Below are positions 43,026 to 54,800 of a stretch of 64,000 bases of DNA, one piece after another. The notes beneath the pieces are model-generated. The model had not been told where the DNA came from and ran no database searches. It worked only from the letters and a program-made list of their open reading frames with translations. The DNA is from Camelus ferus (taxonomy: Eukaryota): assembly GCF_009834535.1 (NCBI RefSeq), contig NC_045697.1:94738001-94802000 (forward strand), given 5' to 3'. Each line of letters begins with the position of its first letter. Within the stretch, counting starts at the first letter, position 1. The position numbers and the translations under genes were made by a program.

Positions 43026-43807
43026 AAAAATTAGTATAGTAGTAGGTTGGGAATAACAAGTCCTTAGGAAATAAAAAATGAGTTTAATCACAGTACTGTT
43101 CCTTCATATCTGTGTAATCTTGGGTTAATTATTCAAATTCTTTGACCCACAGTTTTAACATTTGTATAATGGAAGATAAAAGAATTACCATTCAGAATAT
43201 TGTATTTATTTATTTATTCATTGTCATTTGCATTAATACAGTTAATTTTTTCCTAATTTTTCATTTTTATTTTTGTGATATCATTGTATTTTTATACAAT
43301 TTTTAAAGGTTACTTTCCCTTTACAGTTATTACAAAATATTGGCTATATCCCCTGTGTTGTACAATACAACCTTGAGCCTATCTTATACCCAACAGTTTG
43401 TACCTTCCACTTCCCCATCCCTGTATTTTTCCTCTGCCCCTCCCCACTGGTAACCACTAGTTTGTTCTATCTGTGAGTCTGCTTTTTTTTTTTTTTTAAT
43501 TCACTAGGTTGTGGTGGCTTTTAGATTCCATGTATGTAATATAAAGTATGTGTCTGTCTCTATTTCACATAGAATAATGCCCTCGAAGTTTATCCTTATT
43601 GCTACAAATGGCAACATTTTGTTCTTTTTAGGAAAAATTAATATAGTATACTGGAAATAACAAGGCCTTAGGAATAACAAAGATGAGTTTAATATTGGTG
43701 TTGTCCCTTAATATCTGTGTAATTTGGGCTAATTACTGAAATTCTCTGATCCACAGTTTTAACATCTATATAATGGAAGTTAAAAGAATTACCATTCAGG
43801 ATATTTT
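43026..43807. repeat. ~175-bp diverged direct repeat (43026-43203 and 43633-43807), MIR-derived, flanking an L1 fragment
   Basis: Hand alignment gives roughly 30 differences over ~178 columns; shared blocks aataacaag.ccttaggaa, atatctgtgtaat, ccacagttttaacat, tataatggaag.taaaagaattaccattcag. Confidence 0.92.
43204..43630 (-). mobile_element. Cetartiodactyl-type L1 3' fragment, antisense
   Basis: (TTTA)n tail, tttttaaaggttactttcc..acagttattacaaaatattggctat, ccccactggtaaccactagtttgttctatctgtgagtctgc, ttagattccatgtat. Confidence 0.9.
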
Positions 43808-44419
43808 AAATGATTAGAAACATTACTAGGATTGAGACTTCCTGGTCTGTGCCTTTTGATATCTTGACATAATTTAAGATCTCTTTGTATTAAAAAAAAT
43901 TTAGAGGTTTAAAAAAATAACATTTACCTGAACTCAACTAGGTAAGTGATAACACAATATGGATATATTTACAGAAGTTGAATATATAATTATATTAATT
44001 ATTTCTTAAAGTTTGGAATGTCATGCTTCTCTCCTACTTTCACCTTCATCCCATTACTAAGACACATAGAGTTATTATGGATTTGGGATCATGAGCCTTT
44101 CTCTCAGGAAAACAGTTCATGGTGGGATTACTGAGGGGGGAAAAGAGGACATTTTTATTAAGATTATGTTCTTATTTTAAGTTTCCAGTAATTCAGACAC
44201 TGTTGGACTTCTGCACAAATCAGTTTAGGTTTTAGGTATTAATCAGTCTAGCAGAGGTATTTTTGAAATCTTCTGAATTATGATCTCTGAAGGTGGGGCC
44301 CCACAGTAAATTAAGGTTGGACAATATTGCTCTGGACTGAGCACCACATATTTCTTTGAAGATGGAATAACATGTGCATAATTTATACTATCTTCCGTAG
44401 AGAATATCAAAAGTGAGCA

Positions 44420-45450
44420 GAAAAACCTGTAGGGGAAGTAATTCTCCCTTCTGGTCATGGCAGGGTATCCTGATTGAACTAACCCTCCCACAGGTAATTA
44501 TAAAGTGTGAACAAAATTATTCTTTAAAGTATTTGAAAGCATGGAGAATGATGACATGGTAGGAAGAGCTAAAAGGGTTTTATTCTTGAAGGACAGAAAA
44601 TGCATGGATGGTATTTTGAGTTTACAGCTCTCTGCTAGAAAGTACTCCCCACTCTGCACATAGTTCAGGCCACACAAAAACAGAGATGTCAGAAGGCGGA
44701 TTTCAGAGCTGGAAGATCAGGTGGGAAGACAGAGGGAGAATCCTTTAGAGAGGGAGACTCAAAGGGATTAAACCCATAAATCTACATTAAAAATTGTCCT
44801 ATATTGGCATGGCCACTAAACATACATTGGGAAGACCCCAGTGGGCCTTGAATAAAACCATCAACTGGAAGCTAAAAGAACTGAGTAAAGAATTAATCTA
44901 TTGCCAACTACAGCAGAGTTCAGAGATGGAGTCTAACCAAGTTAATTGTTTAATAAAACAAAAATAATTACAATAATTCTTTAAAAAGAATTACACAATC
45001 CATAAGTTACAAAAGCAGATATAGACAATACATAAATAAATAAGTATGTGTCTAAGGTCCAATAATATTTTTTTCACAAAAAGCACAACAGTCCAGATTT
45101 GGGCATAGTTTGCTGATCTCTGGGGTAAGTTTCCCCCTTAAGGCAAAAAATTTCCCCCATTTTAGGCTAAAAGCGAGATAGAAAATAATGTAGATAAGAG
45201 CAGAAATCAATGAAATTGAAAACAGCAAAACAATAGAAAATAAATCAGTGAAACCAAAACTTACTCCTTTTTTGAAAATAATTTTGAAAAATAAGATGAA
45301 ACTCATTAGACTGAAATAAAGAGATAGGACACAATGCCAGTATCAAGAGTGAAAGAGATACTACTACTACAGATTCTGTAGACAATAAAAGGATGACAGG
45401 CAAATACGATGAACAACTCTATGCCTATAGTTTTTTACAACTTAGATGAA
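44420..45450 (+). mobile_element. Old L1 fragments (5' region and ORF2 piece)
   Basis: gataagagcagaaatcaatgaaattgaaaacagcaaaacaatagaaaa..gaaaccaaaa; actacagattctgtagacaataaaaggatgac..gaacaactctatgcc..acaacttagatgaaa. Confidence 0.7.
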
Positions 45451-45834
45451 AAGGGTGTGGCATGAACTGGTGCCCTGCAAGCAAACCTGAGTGATCAGTG
45501 GGGTCAAATACTGAACGATCGATACTGGATTTAGGAATGTGGAGGATACTGTGAACCTAGACAGCACCAATCTCAGTGGAGGAGTACGAGAAATTTCTGA
45601 CTGGAGTAGATTCAAGGGAGAATTAAAGGGAAAGAATCAGAGGGAAAAATATGAACTGCTTTTTCATGCTGTTCTATAAGGGTAACATGGAAATAATTCT
45701 CTCTCACAGGAATGAGTACAGCATCATACTTAACATTCCAATCCCATGACAGAACATGGGTTGAATGCAACTCTGAGGCAGTCCATTCTCATCATAGAAA
45801 AAGTTTACATGTAACCCAGCTTCAAGGACCTATT

Positions 45835-46275
45835 GTGCCAAGTGTCTACCCTTTGGTCTCTGTTCTAGTATGTGAATCTCTATGCATCAACAGGACTCCC
45901 TTACTCTCTGACTTCATGGACTTGAGTTTAACCAATGGAAAACACCAACAGGAAATAAAGGTGGGAGGAGAGAGAGGCATTAAGTTATTTAGTTTCCCAG
46001 CTCAGCATCTCCATCCAGACCTTAAGTTAGCAGAGACTGCATTCCAGGCTGCAGCTCTTGCTAAATGGCCTTCTCTTATAGTTACAACTACAGATCTCTT
46101 AATTATTTCAGGCAATTCTTACCTTCCCTTACTGTACAGGGCCTGGGGATGATGAGGATTTCCTACATAGCTTTCAAGCCTTTTTGCTTTCTTTTAACCT
46201 TGTCTAAACTTTTGGAAATCATCTTTTATTATAATATCCTAAATTACTGTATTTGAGCGTATCATTTTTGATAAT
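45835..46275 (+). mobile_element. LTR33-like ERVL LTR
   Basis: ctctctgacttc..gagtttaaccaatggaaaacaccaacaggaaataaaggtgggaggagagagagg..tatttagtttccc matches the LTR33 core as recalled. Confidence 0.7.
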
Positions 46276-46934
46276 TATAGAAAGAATCTTAACTGAAACG
46301 ATCCTACTATTCTTTATTTCTTATATTCAGGGATAACTTTTACAAAGACTGACTTGGTTAGGTATGTAAAAATGCTTTTATTATGGTAATGTTTAAATAT
46401 GGAACATTAATTCATATTACTTTTTTTGTATGCTGAATTATGTAAAGATTTTCAAGTTATGTATTTTTCTCACAGTAAAATTTGCCAAGGAAATGTTTTT
46501 AGTAAGATATATACAAGTAATTTATTAAACAATTAAACCTTTAAAACGAAAAATGTTGTATACTCCTATCTAGCACAGTGCCTACAAAGAGTGAACTTAA
46601 ACTACATGTGAGAGTTTTAACTTTAGCAATAGTTTCTTTGTGACGCTATAAAATAATTTTATGTATAATGGTCATCCTTAAATACTATTTTGGACTTTGC
46701 TTCTTTTAGGATTGTTGTAAGAGCTGTTTACAGGCTATATAAAAAGTCATCTCATTCCTCAAAATTGAGTTTTTAAATGACTAAGTTATTGCTAAGCACA
46801 AATATCCATGTTTTACACCAGATGTAATTTTAAATTACAGTTGGCTCTTTCCAAGTAGCAAAAGAATCCTCAAAAAAAAGTTGTCACCAATGATAATATA
46901 TTTAAAATGTGCCCTAGGTTTGTATAAAAAAACA

Positions 46935-47185
46935 TAATAGCATCATAATTAAATGTCCAGAAGCTGGAGCTGAACACCATGGAGCAAATCCCAGCTCTGC
47001 CACTTAGCAGCCAGAAGACCTTTACCAAGGTGTGCATCCTGTGTGTACCTGGCCTCTGCTTCTGTAAAGTGTGGATAATAGTAGCACCTAAATCATAGGC
47101 TTCTCTTATAAATTGAATGGATTTATATTACTGCAGCATTTAGGACACTGTCTGGACATTTTAAATACTAGATAAATATTAGCTA
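46935..47185 (+). mobile_element. MIR, near full length
   Basis: caaatcccagctctgccacttagcag..cttctgtaaagtgtggataatagtagcaccta..ataaatattagcta. Confidence 0.85.
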
Positions 47186-49451
47186 AGGGGATTTAAAATT
47201 AGTGTTTCTAAAGAGTTATAGTGATGACAACAGCAATAGAATTAAGTAAAGCAACAGAATATACACTTTCAAAGGGGAAACTATTCATTTTGAAGTACTG
47301 ATTTGTTGTTTTTTTAAATTGCCACATGACTAGTAAAAACTCACAACTCATATATTGAGAATCCACTGATTTTTTTTTTTTTTTTTTAGTGTGGTAAATA
47401 CTACTGTGGATTTTTCTTATCTGAAAAACACTGCCTTTAAATGAATCCAAACAACATAAAAGACACAAATACACAGTAGTTTGATTTACATACCTATATG
47501 CTGGTTAGGTACTATTTTTTGTACATATAGGCTTCACACTGTTGGCTGTATGCCTCACTTGGCTGTGTAATATATTAATATCATATGTTATAATTAATGA
47601 GTAAAACTTGAAACACTTTCACCCAATGTCATGGAAAGCTTTTCATGTCAGAATTGTGTTTATTAAAGAACCCATACTTTCCTTAGATGATTTAAAACTA
47701 AAAGAAGTTTCTGGATTAAGTTAACATGTCTGAGGGCAGTGAACTTATTTTAGGTACTTATTGAGGACATTGTACAGGATATCATGTTATATGTTCATTA
47801 AGAAAAAAATAGAGAAATGTCTCAGGGTTTAGTCTGAAACACAGGTAATTTCTCTTAAGCTTCTGGCTTGCTTCTACCTTATGGACACTAGGAATCCTTC
47901 AACTGACAGAGATCAGTTTTTCACTGATCTGATTTATTATTACTCTTACGTAGGTAAATATTTATTTAAAGCCAGTTCTTTCTATGGGAATATAAGCTCA
48001 CCTTGGGGCATGAAATTATTTTCCTATTCTTCAACATCATACAGCCAATGCTTATTTTAATGCCTTATCTATGTACACAATAAATATTTCCAACATGAAA
48101 GAATAAAAGAGAGAAAAAAGGAGAAAAAGCATATTCAACTAATATTACCAAATATAACATAATTTTGTTTGTTTCATTTCTGGTGGAGGGATTGTTTTGT
48201 TTTATAGTGGAAAAATAAGCAATAATTAATAAGGAATTTAAAGGCTATGTAAAGAAATAAAATCCTTTACCCTTTTCACATATTGGGTATTATGAACATG
48301 AAATACCATGTGGATAAGAATGGGGGAGGGACAGGAAAAGAGACGAACAGAGGAAAGGAAAGAAAGAGAATCCATAACAAATGTTTATGGTGGAGGAAAA
48401 GAAACCCCAAAACTTGAAGAGGTAACAGTGTTTTCTCTGTGCTAATTCTTTAGTTTACTCTTATGGTCACAGAAGGAATGTATAAAGGCAGTGTTAAATG
48501 ACACATATCTACAGAAACTTTTTTAATTCAAAAAATTAGCGTAAAGGAAAATATGTAATGGTTACAAAAATATTTTTGTAAATGTTAAGTGTACTACATT
48601 TTATTTGTACCTACATATAAAGGAGGGAACAGGAAATGCTACATTAAAGAATCTAAGGAGACTAATATGCAGAATTCTCTGTGGGAAGACAGGAAGGAGG
48701 ATGAACTCTTTTAGACTTTTCAGAATTAAATGGAAAACTATACTTTCTAGGTAATTAATTATTGTAACTACCAGGAAAAAGGGTTACAACATTTTTTTCA
48801 AGAATATTTATTCTCTTATGGTGCCAAAATGAGAAGAAATTCTACATATTTCAAAAACCCTAATAAATTTTCATAGCATTTATTTTTTTCCCTTAAAATA
48901 TTATTCAACTCATTTATAATATCAGCCTAAGAATCTCAAACATTTACTAATTTATCATACTGGTAATTATTATTGCTGATGGCTTAAAATTAACATTTAG
49001 AAATTATAATAAACAAAATTTGCATTTAGATGTCAAAATATATGATTTAATTATTATAAGTGTGGAATCTAGAATTCACAAAATATTACATATTTTTCTG
49101 CATTTATGCTTTATTTATATTGAAATGTTTAGAGAAAAATAAAATAAAAAGGAATAAACACCCAACTGCAAAAAATTAATTACAAACTAATTTCAATATA
49201 AATGTGTGTCTTTGAATATGCATACATATTATACATATATACGTGCATCATTTCTTTTTTATCCTTACAAATGGTGAGTGCATTTAAATGATTGTCAATA
49301 TCATGGGACAAAAATGGCATCTATTATTTTTTCAACTTTAAATTTTTATTAATGATGAATCCCTGTAATTCATTATATTTATGGCTGTGATTGTGTTTCT
49401 TGACTTAATTGTGTGTTCATGTCATTTTTCCACTTTTAGATTTGGCATTTA

Positions 49452-49579
49452 GTTTTTTCCTTTTTTTTCAGGGGGGCTTATTAGGTTTGTTTGTTTATTT
49501 CAGTGGAGGTACTGGGGATTAAACCTACGACCTTGTGCATGCTGAGCATGTGCTCTACCACTATGATATGCCTTCCCCC
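49452..49579 (-). mobile_element. tRNA-derived camelid SINE (Vic-1-like) with TSD
   Basis: Reverse complement matches the 63272 element (ggaggtactggggattaaacc..tgctctaccact..ccttcccc); TSD atttggcattta (49440-49451) / atttggcactta (49582-49593). Confidence 0.88.
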
Positions 49580-49699
49580 ATATTTGGCACTTAAATACTT
49601 TTCATATGTAAGACTGCTTTAGTAAAACCAAGGATACTAACACAAGGATTAACCCTTGTAAGTAATTATAATGAATATTTATTGCAATTTTACATAATT

Positions 49700-50030
49700 T
49701 TCCTGAACTGTCTCCCATTTGCATCAAATTACTCCAAAAATTTAATGCCTTAATATTTTCATTTTATTGTGTCCATAATTTCTTGAGTCAGGAATTCAAG
49801 AAGGGCTTGACTGCGTGTTTATCTCTGACCCACATGGAATTAGCATGGCACCTGAGTCTTCCTGACTCACAGCCCTGGCACTCTGATGCTTCTTTCTCTT
49901 TACACATGATGTCTTTCTTCCAAGACTTTCCCATGAACTTGGGCCTTTTTACAGCATAAAACTTTCAGGGTAGTCATTTATGATGGTTAACTTTTCCCAG
50001 AGCTAACGTTTAAGAGCAATTACTGCAAGT
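49700..50030 (-). mobile_element. Old MaLR (MLT1) LTR fragment, antisense
   Basis: caaattactccaaaaatttaatgcctta..ccataatttcttgagtcaggaattcaagaagggcttgactg. Confidence 0.65.
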
Positions 50031-50039
50031 TACCCAGAC

Positions 50040-51880
50040 AGAAAGAGGGTCATTCATATATTGTTGGTGGGAATATAAAATGGTAGGGCCTCTGAAAAAC
50101 AATTTGACTGTTTTCGCTTTTAAAAAATAAAACTAAACATGCAGTTATCATATACAGCACAATTACTCTTGAGCATTTATCCCAGAGGAACAGAAATTTC
50201 TGTTCACACAAAACCTATGCACAGATGTTCACTGTAGCTTTATTCTGGACCAGACTTAACACAACACAATGTAGTACATCCATACCATGGAATGCTACCC
50301 AGCCATAAAAAGGAACAAACTATTGAAACATGATGTAAAATCTTTCAAGAACCTCCAGAGAATTATGTTGTGTGAAAAAAAAGCCAATATTAAAAGGTCA
50401 CATTCTGTACAATTTTATTTATATAACTTCCTCAGAATGTTAAATTATGGAAATGGAGAAGATATTTGTAATTGTGAGGGGTTGGGGGAAGGAATAGTGG
50501 GAGGTAGGTGAATGTAGTTATAAATAAGTAACAGGAAGCATCATCATGGTGATGAAACTGTTCCACATCTTAACTGTAGTGGTGGATACAAAAGCCTGCA
50601 GGTGTAATAAAATTACACAGAACTAAAAAGACACACATGCAAACACACCAGTACATGTAAAACTGGGGAAAATGGAGTAAGATCAGTGGTTTGTATGAAT
50701 GTCAGTATTGTAGTTGCCACACACAAGGTTAATATAATAAAATTGAATGAATTTTATATACCAACAAGAAACAATTAGAATATATGATCTAAAAGGTGTC
50801 ATTTAGAGCAGTATCCCAAATAAAAGAAATTATAAATAAGTCTAACAAAAGTACTGTAAAGATCTTTCAAAGAAAATAAAACTATTTTATTGAAAGACAC
50901 TTAGAATGGATTGAATAAAGTGTATATCATATAGGTAAAAAATCCTATTATAAAGATGGTTATCTCTAAATTGAGGTATAGATTTAATATGGTCCTAATT
51001 ATAATCACAACATTGTGTGTTATACTTGACAACTTTATTCCAAAATTAATTTGGAAGAACAAAAGACCAAGGACAACAAAGGATTTCTTAAAAGGAGAGA
51101 AAGAGGAACAAACTATTCTAGTTCCAAATGTAGCAACTTATTAAAAAGCTATAGATGTTTAAGATTATGTGGAAATGGTACAAAGAAAGGGAAATAAAAT
51201 AGGGGAACAGAATAAAGATCTAAGGAACAGACCCACATATGGAAGATGGCTATAACAGAGCTGTCACTGCAAATCAATGGATCAGATGGACTATGCACTA
51301 AATATTGATGGATTAATTATTTACACAGGTTTTAAAAATTATGTTACTGTACTTTTACCAAAATTAATTTCAGATGGCTTAATGGCTAAAACTGATAAAT
51401 TAAAGTACTTTTCTTCATCAAAAGACTCATAAAAATTAAGTGGAACATCAAAGTCTCTGAATATAAAAAGATATCTGAAACACATTTAGCTATCATGAGT
51501 TTAGATTTAGAAAATATAAAGAGCATTCAAAACAAGTAAGAAAAATACATGTGTTCCAATAGAAAAGTGGGCAGAAGACCTGGCAGAGCATTTTACTGAA
51601 AATAGAAATTCAAATGGCCCAGGTGGAAAAATGTCTGATTTTATTGGTTATTATCAGAAAAAATACAAATTAAAAGTGCAATGAGCTAACACTGCACACT
51701 CACCATATTGGCTGGCAAGAACGTTTAACAATAGAAATTCTTATACACTGCTGGTTGAAGGAAAGGTTGCTATGGGCACTTTGGAAAATGTTTTGATTGG
51801 TTTTGTAAAATAGAAGACATGTAAACACCATGGCTTGTCATTTCCATTTTGGTTATAACTCCTGAAAGTGTTCTTCAATA
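50040..51880 (+). mobile_element. L1MC-type 3' end followed by older L1 ORF2 fragments
   Basis: ttgttggtgggaatataaaatggtag..gcatttatcccagagg..catccataccatggaatgctacccagccataaaaaggaac; then cttgacaactttattccaaaattaatttggaagaacaaaagacc, acagacccacatat, ccaatagaaaagtgggcagaagac. Confidence 0.82.
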
Positions 51881-54800
51881 TGTTACCTTCTCAGTGACTG
51901 TCATTTGTGTGGCACCATGGATATTTTCAGATCCTAAACAATGTCTTTTAGTGAAATTTGGATGCAAGCATGTTGTGCTTTTCTTCTGTAAGATGAAGAA
52001 GGCATGTTTTGAAAATAGCATTCTCAAGGAGATCAGTTTTAAAACAGAGAAGGTATGTAAGGTAAGAATTAAGAATTAAAATATATTTCCTTAAAACTAT
52101 CCTGTATCTAGGAACCACTTGAAAATTCTCACATTTACCCATAGGTTATTCATTTTCTTCTTTAAATGCCAATATTCTAGGGTAATCCTCTGGCTTCTTA
52201 CCCGATCTTTGGATCACAACCATTGACCCTTGTATCTCAATTGGGTAGAACCAAGCTATCCTAACTCCTTAACTACTGGAAAGTCAACAACCCATACTGG
52301 GTAATGCGGTGTCCCTGGGGAAGTATGCAGATGCTTTCAATCTAAACATGTTCATTTGTACAATATCCCAAGGTAAAGACTGGGATTTCACATTGAGTCT
52401 ATTTGGCCCTCAAATTAAGTCACATTCTAAAGACCTAACTTTGTCAGCAATAAAGGTCCTGTTTTGATCTCCATCTATTCAACTCCTTAGTCTCTCTCTC
52501 TCTCAATTGTATCTGAGTTCAGATATGAAAGATGGTGTTATATATCTGGTCCTTCTAAGAACAACATGTTATCCTTAGATATTAGTTAACTAAGCTTACT
52601 CATTTTTTTCCTAAAGAAAGCACCCTGTAGGTAAAGAAACATTTACAGAAACTTAAAACACTGTTTTCCTCTCATCTATGATTTTGGATTGAAATGTATT
52701 TAGGCAGAGCCACAATTTTTTCTCAAAAGCTAAAGCTGCCTCTCATGCAAAACACAAGAGGAAATCAAGTTACCAAAACTTTGGAACCAAAAGGCCAACA
52801 GAAACTCCAAATATCCCCCTTGTACCAAAATCTACACTGGCTAGTTTGCACTCTTATTTCATTCTTTTTACCATGCTCTCTAAGCCTCACTTTGATTTTT
52901 TCTTTGCCCAGGAGGAAAGTTTGTTCACCTTTTGATCCTGAACTAGATGATTTACTGCTTTTTAATAGATCTATGTATTTTACCATTGTTCAGCTTGTTT
53001 TTCATTTTCATGGCAATTATATCCAAAATTTCTCCAATCTTTAAAAATAAGGAATCTTAAACTTTATTAGTTTTTTAATGCAACTAATACAACAGATGTG
53101 TCCTTTCTACTGTGTGAAACCTATATAGATGTGCCTAAAACTGCCCGTTTTGGAGAATTTCACTGACTTCCTTGGACGTCTTTGAATTTACAGAGAATCA
53201 TACTCCTGTTGTACGCTCTGCCCTCAGATCTTGTAATCACATGCTGTTTTTATTTTGTGGTATGTCATCTCAGAGAAAAAAATTTGGTCCTTTCACTGGT
53301 GTCAGCTGATACATAGAGATGTGGAGAGAGAGATGATATAGTCCTCAGACCATGAGCAGCTTAGATTTAAATGCAAATTTAAGGGTGACAGAGAAGGGTT
53401 TGTATTGTAGCAATTCAAACATATTTTTCTCAATTTATCTGTTGACTATTCCAGTTTGTGAGGCTTTTTACCATCCCTCTAAATTCCCAATGCCTTTTTT
53501 CTATCTTACTGAGTTTCCACAGATTCTGCTATTTCTCTTCCTTGAGTTTATGCTCTGTTGTAAGAGTAAAGATCAAAATTACTTCTCTTGTCTCATATAG
53601 CAATTTCCCCTCATTGCTGACACCCAGATCTTGGGTGGAGGAGAAATTATCAGGGGCCAAATCCACATTCTACTTCCAACCACTTTAAAAGTGCACCTCT
53701 ACCCAAAGGAACAAACAAAAAGGTTAAGAAAAATTACTTCCTTTGATAAAGTTTTCTCTACTTTGTTGTAATTATAAAAGTAATACTATTAAAATTCTAA
53801 CATTTATCTACAAGGATATTAGGGCAAAAGTAAATGTTTTCCTCTTCAACTTCTTTCTTTCTACCACCTATCATTATCCAGAGTTTATTCCTGTACCGAT
53901 GTATTATGAAAGAGTGTTGCATACATTTTCAGTGCAAATAAAATCATTTTGCAAGGATTTGCCTCAAATATGTATCCTGGAATGCACTTGTATCAGGATT
54001 TATAATTTCAGTTTTTAACAAGTGCAGACTATTACATCACTTAATAGAACAATGACAAAAGTCTGTAATCATCCTATTTCACCATCCTTGTTCTCTTTAC
54101 TTTACTGTCTAATTTTTTGGCAAAATCCTGTGAATGCTTGGAAGAATTTTCTTTTGGGTGGGAAGAAGACAATCAGGGATGATGGTATCAGGAATACATC
54201 ACAGGATCAGAATTTTTTCCCAAATACAACAAATAGTATCCATGAATAATTGCTGGCCATGAGAGGAGAAAACTCACAATTCCTGATCCTTTCCTCAGAA
54301 ATCCTACTTTCACATTCTAAAGTAAGACCAACACTCCAACTTGTGAGTCCCAGACTATTTTCCCAAATTCTTCATTAATTTAAAGAAAACATTTGAACAG
54401 AAACAGTAACAAAATAGATGAGAAAATAAACAAATTGAGTTCTGCTGTGAACCAAACTTTGAACATGTTATATTATTGAATCCTCACAACTCCCTATGAT
54501 AGTATGGCTATGTGTGCATCCAATTTATTGCAGGTGGGAAACTGGAGCTTAGAGAGTTTAAACAACCTCTCCAAAGTCTCTACGTGTGCTCTTTTTGCTA
54601 TATTATACATCTTTCTTCCAAAAGATGAGGAAACATTCTCTAAAAGTATACCTAAAAATGCCTGAGTTTGTTGCACTCTGTGGTCTTACATTCTACCAAC
54701 TGAATAACTCATGATTGATGAACTTGTTGGAGTGAACTGCTTAGATAACTTAAAGGGTGCTCATCCTGAGAGCCAAAGAATTGATCCTTATTAATTTACT

